DNA of 64,000 nucleotides from Octopus vulgaris (taxonomy: Eukaryota). Made by a program: the position numbers and the translations under genes. The stretch lies in the NCBI GenBank assembly GCA_951406725.2, contig OX597822.1, forward strand, positions 61,814,001 through 61,878,000. Reading direction: 5' to 3'. The first letter of the stretch is position 1; each line of letters opens with the position of its first letter. Shown in pieces: positions 1-12,473 of this stretch. Below the pieces are notes generated by a model that had not been told where the DNA came from, did no database searches, and saw only the letters and a program-made list of their open reading frames with translations.

Positions 1-228
1 AACACAACAAAGCTTATACAAAGCTTTACATTTTACTTTTGATAATCTTTTTAAAAAAAAAAGTGAAACTGGTCAAGTCAATAAACATCTTTAAAAGACC
101 TCGGCATTTTCAAACCCTCTTTCCTATATATTTTCACTCGTGCAGTACCTTGCATGTACCACGTACACGCGTTCTTGTTTTTTTCTTGTGTTTTCTCCTT
201 CGGTTTTCGGGGATTATATATATATATT

Positions 229-1102
229 ACAGCTGCATCCTAGTTACACGAGGAAAGCCATTGCCAAGAAGACTTGCTGAAATGATTCATGGTTGTTGAC
301 ATGTTATGCCCTTTTATGACTTTTAAGCCCGGCCAAGCTTTTACACATTTTATTACTTACTAGACAACTGTGCTGGCTGGCAGGAGAAACAGGTGCCATT
401 ATATGCACTCACTTAGCATGTCTTTTTAGACTTCCAACTGAGAAGCACACCCTTCCCCATTTTATACATGTTCTTTTATAAATTTTAATAGCCACATCAT
501 TGTTTATCATGGGTAGATCTCTATGAAAATTTTGATGGCTCACCAGGCCTGCACGACTCAAACACCTCCGCCCACAAACCACACACATAAAAAGCAACAC
601 TCTTACTTTCCACAGGTTCCCCCCTTCTAAGCCCGCCCCTAATTCTCTCATACTTCACTCTCTCCCTCTCAAACTTTGAACATGCACTATCTTCTTCCAT
701 CCATCACGATCTTGTGCCTCCCTCTCCCAATTACCAGCTGCAATTCCTGTCTGTATAAGAGCATTTTAAGGGTATCCTTAAACCTTAGTTTAGGGTTATG
801 CGTTGGTCTCCTGCCATCTTCCAGCTCACCATACAATAGCTGCTTGGGCAGTCGCTCATCACTCATCCTTACTAAATGTACTCCCCCCCATCTCAAACGT
901 CTTTGCAAAATCATTGACTATATACTTCTACTGTCACTCCTCTCAAGCACCTCCACATTATTAATGGCCATTTTCCAATTTATCCCCCCAATTTTTCTCA
1001 GACAGTATTGATGAAATCATTCCAATTGCCTTACCTGCATACGGTAAACGACCCATGCCTCACTTCCCTATAGCAAAGATGGGAGGACGTATGTGTTATA
1101 TA
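229..1102 (-). mobile_element. RTE-clade LINE, 3' portion (post-RT region, C2H2 zinc fingers, 3' UTR), degenerate
   Basis: Minus-strand translation gives VYNTYVLPSLL*GSEAW and RLRWGGVHLVRMSDERLPKQLLYGEL...PKLRFKDTLK, typical of the RTE C-terminus, followed by the CVVCGRRCLSRAGLVSHQNFH zinc finger. Confidence 0.85.
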
Positions 1103-2753
1103 CACTACCGTCAGAAATTAATTAGCACCCTTGATTTTCTCTTCACTCAAGGTATTTGCTGTCACCTAGTGGCCATATCTCGAACTATTGCTTTGTTGTG
1201 AGTTCACTGTTGCGCAGAACGATGACGTAACTTTGTTTGCAGAGCAGTTTGAAAGTCTACAGCCTAATGATGTTGACATAGCAGTGCAACAACAACTTGG
1301 AGTGCGGATGCAGACAAATCTTCCTTTGTTTAATAGATATAGGTAGCGCCTCGCAAGGACCGAAATCACACCGTACTAAGTTTTCTCATCGCGTAAGACG
1401 TTTTGAACAGCTCGTAGGTTAAATGATTTGTGTATTTGCAAGATTTTTTTTCCTCACAAATTCTCCTACACTCTGCTTGATGACGTCACTTCTGGTTCAC
1501 AAAACTTTCTGTTATACATCAAATAAGGTGAGAACTTCTGCTTTCTTTCTTTTTTGTTTAATGAATAATAACTCATAGCAGTTTTGTTATAGCATAACAT
1601 TATTCAAATAAATAGTTTTAATGAAAATAACTGGTTTTTATCGTTCATTCCTAGATGGGCCCAAGACCTCGCATGACCTTGGAGAGACGGTACGAGGCTC
1701 TCTTGTGGTGTGGGAAGCTGTCGGAGGCTGCAATAGCCAGAAAATTTGGTGTAGCCAGGCGCACAATTCAGTGCTTATTTAAGAAATACGAGGAAACCGG
1801 ATCAGCAGCTGACAAAAAGGGTAGGGGACGGAAGAGGCTGACGACCCAGCGGGAGGACCGGATGCTGATCCGAAAGTCGCTGTACAACCGAAGGGCAACG
1901 AGCCAGCAACTGGCGGAGGAGATGCAAAAGATGACAGGGAAGCAGTTGTCTACAACCACCGTCAAGACCAGATTACTGGAAGCTGGTCTAAAATCCTGTA
2001 GGGCCGCCCATAAGCCGCTCCTTACAGCCCAAAACTGGAAGAGGCGGCTGCTCTGGGCCCGTGCCCACAAGACATGGACCGTGCAGCAGTGGTGGACAGT
2101 GATGTTCACTGACGAGTCGCAATTCAGTCTCGTCAGTGACAAGCCTGTCCATGTGCGACGCCGCAGGGGTGAGCGCTTCAACAAAGACTGCATTGCTCTC
2201 ACCATGAAGCATGGTGGGGGTGGTCTGATGGTGTGAGGGGCGTTCAGTTACAGTGGTGTTGGGCGGCTCTATGCCGTCGAAGGCAACATCAACGCAGCAA
2301 AGTGCGTTGAGATAGTACGGGATACCTCTTTGGTAGCGAGGAGTACGTGCTCCAGCAGGACAACGTGCCTTCCCACACAGCCAAGCTCACAACCGGTTTC
2401 TTCAAGGACCATGGGGTGACGGTCATGGACTGGCCTGGCCAGTCACCTGACCTGAACCGACACAAGCTGTTTGGGGCACTTCTTGCTGCATGGAGGGCCA
2501 TCCCTGCACAGTACCTGCAGGCACTCATAGACAGCATGCCGACCCGCGTAGCAGCTGTCATTGCTGCCAAAGGAGGAGCAACAAGATATTGACTAAATTT
2601 CACGATTAATAACAATTATGTGGTGTGCTGGAATATGTTTTAATAAATTTTTGATTATAAACGAGTTCGTTTCTGATAATAAGTTAATTAAATTAAGAAA
2701 ATGTAAGAAAATGTAGAAATTTGAGAAGTGCTAATTAATTTCCGACGCAAGTG
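1103..2753 (+). mobile_element. Tc1-family DNA transposon inserted into the RTE
   Basis: Imperfect ~38-bp TIRs (cactaccgtcagaaattaattagcac / gtgctaattaatttccgacgcaagtg) and TA duplication at 1101-1102 and 2754-2755. The RTE reading frame is continuous once the element is removed. Confidence 0.92.
1655..2592 (+). pseudogene. Tc1-like transposase, disrupted
   Basis: Paired-type HTH with GRGRKR linker, then FTDES, KHGGG, QQDN.P.H and WPGQSPDLN motifs. Stop at 2234-2236, frameshift, and loss of the segment holding the catalytic E. Confidence 0.9.
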
Positions 2754-2965
2754 TACCTTAACTTTAATTTGTGAAGATATATTATATTTTGTTGTTTCCG
2801 CTGACGCCTATCAAACCTGCCAAAAGCACTACTAGCCCTGCTGATTCTGTATGAAATTTCATCATCAAGACCAGCAGTGCTCAAGGTACTTCCTAAATAA
2901 ATAAATCTAGGTACAGTCTTCAAACTTTGGCTATTCACAGTTATAAAAGGTTCCACATACATCTG
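2754..2965 (-). mobile_element. RTE LINE continuation (RT thumb)
   Basis: EPFITVNSQSLKTVPRFIYLGSTLS...DDEISYRISRASSAFGR. Confidence 0.85.
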
Positions 2966-3300
2966 TTACTGTTACAAATGTGCGTAGAAATGGATTTGTG
3001 CGTCATGAATACAATGTTCGACTAAAGAATAATTATAAAACGACATGGATGCACACTGGTTCTAAGAAATGGCATCTTATAGGTTGCATCCTCACCAGGA
3101 AACGAGATACTAGGATCTTTGCTATCGTACGAGTGATGCGTGGTGCAGTGCTGGACTGATCATAGGCTTTTGCGTGTCAAGGTGAATTTTGTTGTCAAGA
3201 CTAAGGCTAGAGCAAATAATGTCAAATCCCCTAAACGGGTTGATGTGAATAAACTTAAGATTCCGTCAGTATGCAGTGAGTTAGTGAGTGAGATAAATAA
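2966..3300 (+). mobile_element. Inverted RTE APE-endonuclease fragment
   Basis: Plus-strand KTTWMHTGSKKWHLI...VMRGA..CWTDHRLLRVKV matches the RTE endonuclease C-terminal motifs, in the opposite orientation to the adjacent RT. Confidence 0.8.
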
Positions 3301-3304
3301 TTTA

Positions 3305-3310
3305 TATACA

Positions 3311-3369
<59 letters not shown>

Positions 3370-3524
3370 TTATATTTCCTGAGCGCCATACTAATACAAT
3401 TGTTTGTTTGTATTCCACCTGCCTTCTTCTTTTGTTTATTTCCGTAAACCTGCCTTCGTCTTTTGTCTATTTTCATAAAGCTTCCCGTTATATATATATA
3501 TTTATACATACATACATACATACA

Positions 3525-3560
<36 letters not shown>

Positions 3561-3727
3561 CATATATATAAATATGTATGCATGTATGTATTGTCCATAT
3601 ACATGCACCTGCATATATGCATATTTATATGCCTGCATATGTAAATATATATATGTATATAAATGTATATATGTATATATATAGTTTACATTTATATGTA
3701 CATATATATTTATATATATGTATGTAT

Positions 3728-3811
<84 letters not shown>

Positions 3812-3840
3812 GGTATGTATCTATATGTATGTATAGACAC
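3305..3840. repeat. Compound (CA)n/(TACA)n/(TA)n microsatellite region
   Basis: Seen directly. Confidence 0.9.
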
Positions 3841-4211
3841 ACAAGTATATGATTCATAATACACAGGTGGAGTTTGAGAAATTATTACAAGTGTGTAGTT
3901 GAAGAAAATGTTTTGTTGCAAGATAATTCACTTAACATTCGATTAACAATGTTGCTACATAAGTCTGAATACAAAACATTATTCACAAATAAACTTCAAA
4001 AACATCCAAGGCCATACAATTTAAATTATTTGTATAAAATACATAGTTTGTTGGCCTGTATGATCCGTTGTTGATGGTTGTGTAGGATACTAACCTACAG
4101 TATGCTTTCGTAAAAAAAATTGTCCACTGACAGCAAGCTATTGTCTAATAAGATAAAGTGATTATGAAGTTATGAAGAAACTCAATTTTGGGTTTAGAAA
4201 AAACTTCCAAA

Positions 4212-4620
<409 letters not shown>

Positions 4621-4668
4621 GAGTATAGGAGAGTATTGTAGTTCGCTTGAAGCATTGTGTATTGTTTG

Positions 4669-4924
4669 TAAAGAATAAAATGTTTTGAATGGTACAACAA
4701 TGCACTATAATACAGACAGTGGGCTATATACCTGTTGTAATTTAGTCATCCATAATAGTCTGTTATAATATTTCGGAATAATATTCCTTCTTCTTAGATA
4801 TCTAAGAATACCTGAAGAAGGAATATTATTCCGAAATATATCAGACTATGAATGGCTAAATTACAACAGGTATATCGCCCATTGTCTATTATAGTGCATT
4901 GTTGTACCATTCAAAACTTTTTAT

Positions 4925-4930
<6 letters not shown>
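4669..4930. repeat. ~130-bp-arm imperfect palindrome with a hammerhead-like core (Penelope pLTR-like)
   Basis: Arms 4669-4799 and 4800-4930 centred on ttcttagat|atctaagaa. CTGAAGA-a-GGAAT-att-ATTCC-GAAA-tata-TC at 4812-4842. Confidence 0.75.
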
Positions 4931-4991
<61 letters not shown>

Positions 4992-5072
4992 ATATATATA
5001 CATACATACATGCATACATACATACATACATACATACATACATACATACATACATACATACATACATACATA

Positions 5073-5595
5073 CAGGATGATGTGAATATACTGTCGTATA
5101 AATTACGCAAAAATAAAAATAACACTGACATCTCATTTTAACAGATATATTTACTAAAACCACATGAAGATATCTTGAAATACTAAAGAGTAAATTTGTT
5201 CAGTAAAATCGCCATTGCCTTCAATCATGGCCCCCAAATGACTTCGGAATCTCCTGAAGCTCTTCTGCACGGTCTCCTTGTTTAAGTTGGTGGATGCTGT
5301 CATAGTCCTTGCCTTTAGTTCATCTTTGGTGTTACAAGGAGTTTGTTGGTCTCTCGCTCAACTGCACCTTACACATAATAATCAAGGGGCTTGCAGCCTG
5401 GGGATTTAGGTGACCAGATATTAGGGGTGATGTGGTCGCAGAAATCGTCTGACACCCATGACTATGTACTCTTGCTTGTGTGGTATGATGCAGAGTCCTG
5501 TTGCCAAGCATAGAGTCTTCCAGCAGCTACCTCTTGACTCAGAGCAGCACTACCTCCTCCAAGATCATGATGTAGGCCACCGTGTTGAACATGAA

Positions 5596-5598
<3 letters not shown>
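5073..5598 (-). mobile_element. maT-like (DD37D) Tc1/mariner 3' fragment
   Basis: GRLYAWQQDSASYHTSK...PLDYYV; homologous to 50838-52202; ends in catcatcctg-TA. Confidence 0.8.
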
Positions 5599-5649
<51 letters not shown>

Positions 5650-5812
5650 GTTTTGGAATTTGGTTTGCAAGATTCATTATGTGAGTTCGTATGTTGAAGC
5701 ATATTATGTTGTGTCTGGGGAGAACCATTCTTTTTTAGTGCCTTCATAATTTAACACACTCACCGGTAAAAATTCCACTCATTTACTTATTTATTTTTCG
5801 AAAATTTTTCTA
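5650..5812 (-). repeat. Inverted pseudo-LTR segment of Penelope-like family 2
   Basis: Reverse complement matches 14418-14456 plus 17434-17510 (aaataagtaaatgagtggaa.ttttaccggtgagtgtgttaaat). Confidence 0.7.
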
Positions 5813-5814
5813 TA

Positions 5815-6091
5815 CTATACAGGTTACGCAAATACCACAAACCCTACATAAACCCTGTCATGGGGCCCTCAACCCCACCAGTTTGCGGAGCGAATATCTC
5901 CAGCAATTATAGACTGTCCTACTTCCTCTCACAAGTATTATGTCCTCTCATAGAAATGTCCCCAGATGTCTGTGTGAGCACGGAAGATCTCAATAAAATC
6001 AGTATTTGCAACCACTCCAACGACCTCACAGGTTGTGTATTGGGTAGTATGGGCGTGATTTCACTCTGCCGATCTATAGACATAGATTTTG

Positions 6092-6092
<1 letters not shown>
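5815..6092 (+). pseudogene. Penelope-like RT N-terminal fragment
   Basis: GPSTPPVCGA..SSNYRLSYFLSQVL...STEDL...VLGSMGVISLCRSID, corresponding to RT motifs 2 to A (SMDV.SLYPSI), degenerate. Confidence 0.7.
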
Positions 6093-6152
<60 letters not shown>

Positions 6153-6153
<1 letters not shown>

Positions 6154-8909
6154 GTTTAAATATTTGTTGTGCAATATTTTTTATGTGAAGTCGTGTGTTG
6201 AAACAGATATTGTTATATTTCGGAATGGTCATATTGCCAGTTTAGCCAATAAAAACACACGCACTATATATTTGGTGTTATTTTACTTCAGTGATATTTA
6301 TTTTTTACATTAATCTTAATCTTATTTCGGCCAAAGTTCTTTCGTCACACTCCTGTGACCGCATCAGTGGTCCTTTGTTTTTTTCTCACTTATTTGTGTC
6401 TCTCCTTACTAACCGTCAGCCATTTTGTATTTCTATTGTATGTCTTTATTTGCGCATGCTTATATCTCTATGTGCGTCTATGTTTATTTAGTGTGTGTGT
6501 GGGGGGATGCCTGTAATATTTGTATCTTCTGTTTATATACATTCTTGTAATTTGTATTTTGTTTTTGTTGTTGTTGCTTTTGTTCTAATTTTGTTCATGT
6601 GTTTACATCCACCCATTATTATCATTACATATGCTTGTATGTATGTATAGCAACAATATTAGTAATAATAATAATAAATCTAATCGAAAAAAAATATATA
6701 TATATACACACACATATGTACACATATACATATATATACATATATACACACATACATACATAGATATATATACATATATATAGTTATTCATTTCTATTTC
6801 TTTAATTATCTGTGTATTTATTGTTTGCAGGATCCACTATCGTCATATGTTGTGGTGTGTGCTATTGCTCCATTCTAGTTTTCTATTCAGGCTAGGTTTA
6901 TTTTCTATTATATGTGTAGCTTCTGTAATTTGTCTAATTGTTGCATCTGTTCTATGTGTGGACAATATCTTAATCTCTATGTTATTGATTGATCCCCCGT
7001 GTTCCTGTTCGGCGTGCTGGTACAGAATCGATGAGCTCTTACCTTCCTTGAGTTGTCTCCAATGTCCATTCACCCGCTCTCCAATGCTTCTTGCTGTTTC
7101 CCCTACGTATGTTACTGTCTTGTTACTGCATCGTCCCTCTATACATCTTATACTATAGACCACATTTCTGGCTTTACAGAGAGTAATGTTGATATAGTAA
7201 TAGAAACTAATACTATGGAGAGCATCCAGCAAATAGCTAACTCCATCCACCAGAGTATTAAGGTCACAATAGACTACCCCACTAAACACCCCAACCATAG
7301 ACTACCAGTACTAGACACTGAACTCTGGCTAGAAATTGTGAAAAATAAAACCCAAATCCTTCATTCATACTATGCAAAACCTATGGCCTCAAAATACCTG
7401 ATCCACCGGAACTCAGCCATTGCGGGCAATGCCAAATTCAATATTTTGATGGCAGACCTCGTCAGAATAATGAGAAATGTGTCACGCATGTGCGAGCCTA
7501 CAGAATTTAAAGAGACACATACAGTATTTCATTCACCGCATGCAGTTCTCAGGTTACAGCCATAAAGAAAGAATCAGAGTATACAAAGGAGCCATGAAGA
7601 AATTTGATAATATATTATGTAATGATAGGAATGGGATTTGCCCACTCTATAGGAACAAGTCATGGAACACTATAGAAAGGACAAAAAAGAAAATAGGGAA
7701 GGCCAACTCTTGGTATGATAGCCATAAATACCAGAGTGTCATGTTCATTGACACCACCCCTGGAGGTGAACTGGCGTACCGCTTTAGAAGGACCCTAGAT
7801 AAACTTAAACTAAGAATTAAGGTTGTTGAAAAGCCAGGCAACCCTATCAGATCTATAATTGGTAGAACCTATCCTTTTAGTAGAACCCTCTGTACGGATA
7901 ACTATTGCACTGTATGTAGATTTAGCCCACAAACAAACTGTAAAGCCAGAAATGTGGTCTATAGTATAAGATGTATAGAGGGACGATGCAGTAACAAGAC
8001 AGTAACATACGTAGGGGAAACAGGAAGAAGCATTGGAGAGCGGGTGAATGGACATTGGAGACAACTCAAGGAAGGTAAGAGCTCATCGATTCTGTACCAA
8101 CACGCCGAACAGGAACACGGGGGATCAATCAATAACATAGAGATTAAGATATTGTCCACACATAGAACAGATGCAACAATTAGACAAATTACAGAAGCTA
8201 CACATATAATAGAAAATAAACCTAGCCTGAATAGAAAACTAGAATGGAGCAATAGCACACACCACAACATATGACGATAGTGGATCCTGCAAACATAATA
8301 AATACACAGATAATTAAAGAAATAGAAATGAATAACTATATATATGTATATATATCTATGTATGTATGTGTGTATATATGTATATATATGTATATGTGTA
8401 TATATGTGTGTATATATATATATATATATTTCTTTTTCGATTAGATTTATTATTATTATTACTAATATTGTTGTTATACATACATACAAGCATATGTAAT
8501 GATAATAATGGGTGGATGTAAACACATGAACAAAATTAGAACAAAAGCAACAACAACAAAAACAAAATACAAATTACAAGAATGTATATAAACAGAAGAT
8601 ACAAATATTACAGGCATCCCCCCACACACACACTAAATAAACATAGACGCACATAGAGATATAAGCATGCGCAAATAAAGACATACAATAGAAATACAAG
8701 ATGGCTGACGGTTAGTAAGGAGAGACACAAATAAGTGAGAAGAAAACAAAGGACTACTGATGCAGTCACAGGAGTGTGACGAAAGAACTTTGGCCGAAAT
8801 AAGATTAAGATTAATGTAAAAAATAAATATCACTGAAGCAAAATAACACCAAATATATAGTGCGTGTGTTTTTATTGGCTAAACTGGCAATATGACCATT
8901 CCGAAATAT

Positions 8910-8917
<8 letters not shown>
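6153..8917 (+). mobile_element. Penelope-like element (Naiad-like), 5'-truncated, with ~970-bp inverted terminal arms
   Basis: Arms 6207-7179 and 7938-8917 are near-perfect reverse complements. The central part encodes the RT thumb and linker; flanked by (TA)n. Confidence 0.9.
7180..8274 (+). pseudogene. PLE ORF C-terminus: RT thumb plus GIY-YIG endonuclease, one frameshift near 7500
   Basis: TIDYP..HPNHRLPVLDTELW, YYAKPMASKYLIHRNSA, Cys-rich linker, NVVYSIRC...YVGETGRS...R..GH...RQITEA. Confidence 0.88.
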
Positions 8918-8965
<48 letters not shown>

Positions 8966-8970
<5 letters not shown>

Positions 8971-9218
8971 CAGCGTGAAAGGTGTTTGTAAGCCATTTAA
9001 GAAACACACAAAAGCCGTTCGATTCACTTCAACATTTAAGTTTAATTTGTCAAAATATTTTCGTCACTAATTTTGACAAATTATACTTAAATGTTGAAGT
9101 GAATCGAACGGCTTTTGTGTGTTTCTTAAATGGCTTACAAACACCTTCCACGCTGCAATTGTTTTCGTTTCAGCACACGATCTCAGATCAAATCACTTGC
9201 TATGCGAGTACATCTCCG

Positions 9219-9221
<3 letters not shown>
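8966..9221. repeat. Fold-back element: ~90-bp arms, 13-nt spacer, 3' extension
   Basis: 8966-9056 is the reverse complement of 9070-9160; embedded in (TA)n. Confidence 0.85.
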
Positions 9222-9272
<51 letters not shown>

Positions 9273-9278
9273 GCATAT

Positions 9279-9324
<46 letters not shown>

Positions 9325-9327
<3 letters not shown>

Positions 9328-9375
9328 ACAATATGATATATGTACATATACTTACATCTACATGTATATATACAA

Positions 9376-9416
<41 letters not shown>

Positions 9417-9840
9417 TACAGGTCACCACAAATAAACGTAGAACACAACGAGAAACGAAAACAAAATCAAACAAGGAAACGGCCTTTTTTAACAACGAAA
9501 AAACAGAGTACAGGACAAACAATACAAGGAAATTTCCCCTTTATCAGCTGTCCCTGGTTCGATTCAATGCGTGTTTCGGAGGTAAGGACAGAACACGGCC
9601 AGGCCGAAGCAATCCTTCCTGCAAAAGGAATTAAATAAAATTCTTTTGCAGAGGGGTAAAACAAGTGACAAGAACAGGACGTAAAAGCAATACAAATGAA
9701 GAAAAGACAGTAGAAAAAACAGTACAAATAAGGAATAACAGGACAGGAAACCAACAAAAAGTGCTTTTTTTAGGCCTAGACGGCGGAAAAATTAGTTAGA
9801 ACGCATGTGAAAAATCGGCTTGCGGAAGACAGGGAAGTAG

Positions 9841-9843
<3 letters not shown>
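9325..9843 (-). repeat. Partial copy of the ~805-bp non-coding unit found at 37090-39344
   Basis: Shared sequence gagtacagg.caccacaaataaacgtagaac...tcagctgtccctggttcg...cctagacgg.ggaaaaatta. Confidence 0.85.
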
Positions 9844-9904
<61 letters not shown>

Positions 9905-9950
9905 TATATATTATATATATATAATATAATATATATATATATATATATAT

Positions 9951-12473
9951 AACACCCTGTACATGGAGCAGGTAATACTCCAACCAACCAGGGCAGGTAA
10001 CACACTGGATCTCTGCTTCACAAATGACATGGATCTCATCCATAATGTGAAAGTGACACCGACACTACTCTCGGATCACAACATGATAGAGCTGACCATG
10101 TACGGGCCAAAAGAGAGCACGGACATGCAGCCTACAAGAAACCTCAAAATCTTTCCAGCTTGAACTACCATAAGGCAAACTGGAAACAAATTGAGAAAGA
10201 GATCCTCAAACAAAACTGGCCTAAATGTCTCTCCTCGCCAGACATCGACGTGAAACTTCAACAATTCATGTCTGTAATGCAAGCCATATGCTACAAATGT
10301 GTCCCAGAGAGAAAGGCCACTGTACACAAGAACAAAATCCCCAGAGAGAGGAAAATTTTAATGAGACGGCGTACGAAATTTTCAAATCGCCTAAACAAAC
10401 AGATTGAAAGCAGTGAAAAGTCCCGCCTAAAAATAAAACTGTTGGAAATCGAAAAATGTCTGCAACTCTCCCATGAAAAAGAAAGAGCAGACAAAGAAGC
10501 CTGGGCTATAGAAAACATAAAATCTAACCCCAGAGCTTTCTACAGGTATGCCAAAGAAACAGCTACAGTGCACTGTAGAATAGGGCCACTCCTCGAAAAG
10601 GATGGCACACTTACAGGAAAACCAATGAGGGTAAGTGAAATACTGAATGAGCAATTCAAGAGTGTTTTCACTCCACCCCTTGGGCATCTCCAAATCACCA
10701 ATCCAACTGACTTTTTTACCACTGCAGATATAATATCAGAGGCGGCGACGATAGATTACATCGATATAAAGGAAGACGATGTAACGAAGGCTATAGATGA
10801 AATGAAAACAGACTCAGCTACTGGCCCCGATGGATTCCCGGCAATCCTCCTAAAAGCATGTAAGAGAGTCCTAGCAAGACCACTGCAGTTCCTCTTTCAG
10901 AGCTTCCTTGCAGCTGGCAAACTTCCAGGAAAACTGAAGGAAGGTAAAATATGCCCCATTCATAAAGGAGGTAGCAGAGCGGAAGCCAAGAACTATAGAC
11001 CTATCTCTCTGACCTCACACATCAGCAAGGTCATGGAACGAATAGTCAGAAGGAAGCTGATCACCTTCCTTGAAGGGAATGACTTGCTGCCCGACACCCA
11101 ACATGGTTTCCGACCAGGGAGAAGCTGTTTAACTCAGCTCCTACAACACTATGACTGGGTGCTGAAACGGCTGCTCAACCACTCAAATGTGGAAGTGATA
11201 TATCTCGACTTTGCAAAGGCCTTTGATAAAGTCGATCATGGAATGATATGTCACAAACTGCGTGATCTCAACATAGTTGGAAAACTGGGAGAATGGCTTC
11301 ATGACTTTCTGAAGGATAGAAGTCAGGTGGTAGTAGCCAATGGGGCCACCTCCATTAACACACAAATAGTGAGCGGTGTTCCGCAGGGCACTGTTCTGGG
11401 ACCACTACTGTTCACTACTGGCCCTCTCAGACAGGCCCTCAGCCACGCAGAGAGCCACGATCACAAGTTATGCAGATGATACAAAAGTTTCACAGGCAAT
11501 ACAGAACCCTGAGGACACTAAACACCTGCAATGTGAGCTGGACGAAATATACAAGTGGGCTGAAAAGAATAGCATGCAGTTCAATGCTGGAAAGTTTCAA
11601 GCTTTATACTATCAGCATGCAAAACTGAATGCAATACCGAATGAATACACTGGACCCGGAGGGATTGCAATCCCAGAGGCACAATCAGTGCGTGACCTGG
11701 GTATTCACATGAGTGATGACGCGACCTTTCATGTACATGTTGCTAAACTGACAATGAAATGTAGACGGCTGGCTGGATGGATTCTTAGAACCTTTAGAAC
11801 AAGAGAACAAGAAACCATGATGGTCCTCTGGAAGACACTTGTCCTAAGCCACTTTGACTATTGCTCTCAGCTATGGTCACCATCCAGTGTCAAGTTGATC
11901 ACAGAACTTGAGGCGATCCAACGAAGCTACACAAAGAAGATAGCCTCTATGCAGAATGTAAGCTACTGGGAAAGACTCAAGAGATTAAAATTATATTCCC
12001 TGGAGCGTAGGCGGGAAAGATATGCCATAATATACATCTGGAAGATCCTGGAGGGAAGTGTCCTGAACTTTGGCATCGAGAGTTACGCAAATGCCAGAAC
12101 TGGGCGCCACTGCGTGGTGCCTAGGACTCCAAACCTGCCATCAAGATGAAGGACAAGATACTGTGATAGCCTGGGCTTCCGAGGCCCACAGCTCTTCAAT
12201 ATCCTCCCGAAGAACCTGAGAGACCTGCATGGGGTGGATACAGATGTCTTTAAAATGAAGCTGGATCTCTTCCTGTCAGGTGTCCCAGATGAACCAACTT
12301 CACGGCAGGAGGGGCAGATGAGGGCAGCTGCATCGAACTCTCTCATGCACCAAATAGCAGTTGCTAGAAAGCCTCCATGAAGTGAAACCAAGTAGCAACA
12401 CCAAATGGCGGTGCCCCAGCATGGCCACAGCTCATAAGCTGAAACTAGAATCAATCAATCAATCAATCAATCA
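9951..12473 (+). mobile_element. CR1-group LINE copy A (5'-truncated within the endonuclease)
   Basis: QPTRAGNTLDL/SDH, NYRPISLTS, QHGFRPGRSC, YLDFAKAFD, GVPQGTVLGP, YADD. Frameshifts near 10140 and 11412, stop at 12147; (ATCA)n tail. Confidence 0.93.

Noticed and set aside
409-651. C2H2 zinc-finger ORF as a host gene
   Set aside because: It is collinear with the RTE C-terminus and broken by stops.
6843-7298. 151-aa minus-strand GIY-YIG ORF as an independent endonuclease gene
   Set aside because: It is the inverted arm of the PLE fused to antisense RT sequence.
7180-8274. Selenocysteine or programmed recoding in the PLE ORF
   Set aside because: No in-frame TGA occurs in the retained ORF, and the single frameshift is most simply decay.
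8750-8812. Functional hammerhead in the PLE arm
   Set aside because: A9 is replaced by C and I could not form stem I, so it is mentioned only as a variant core.
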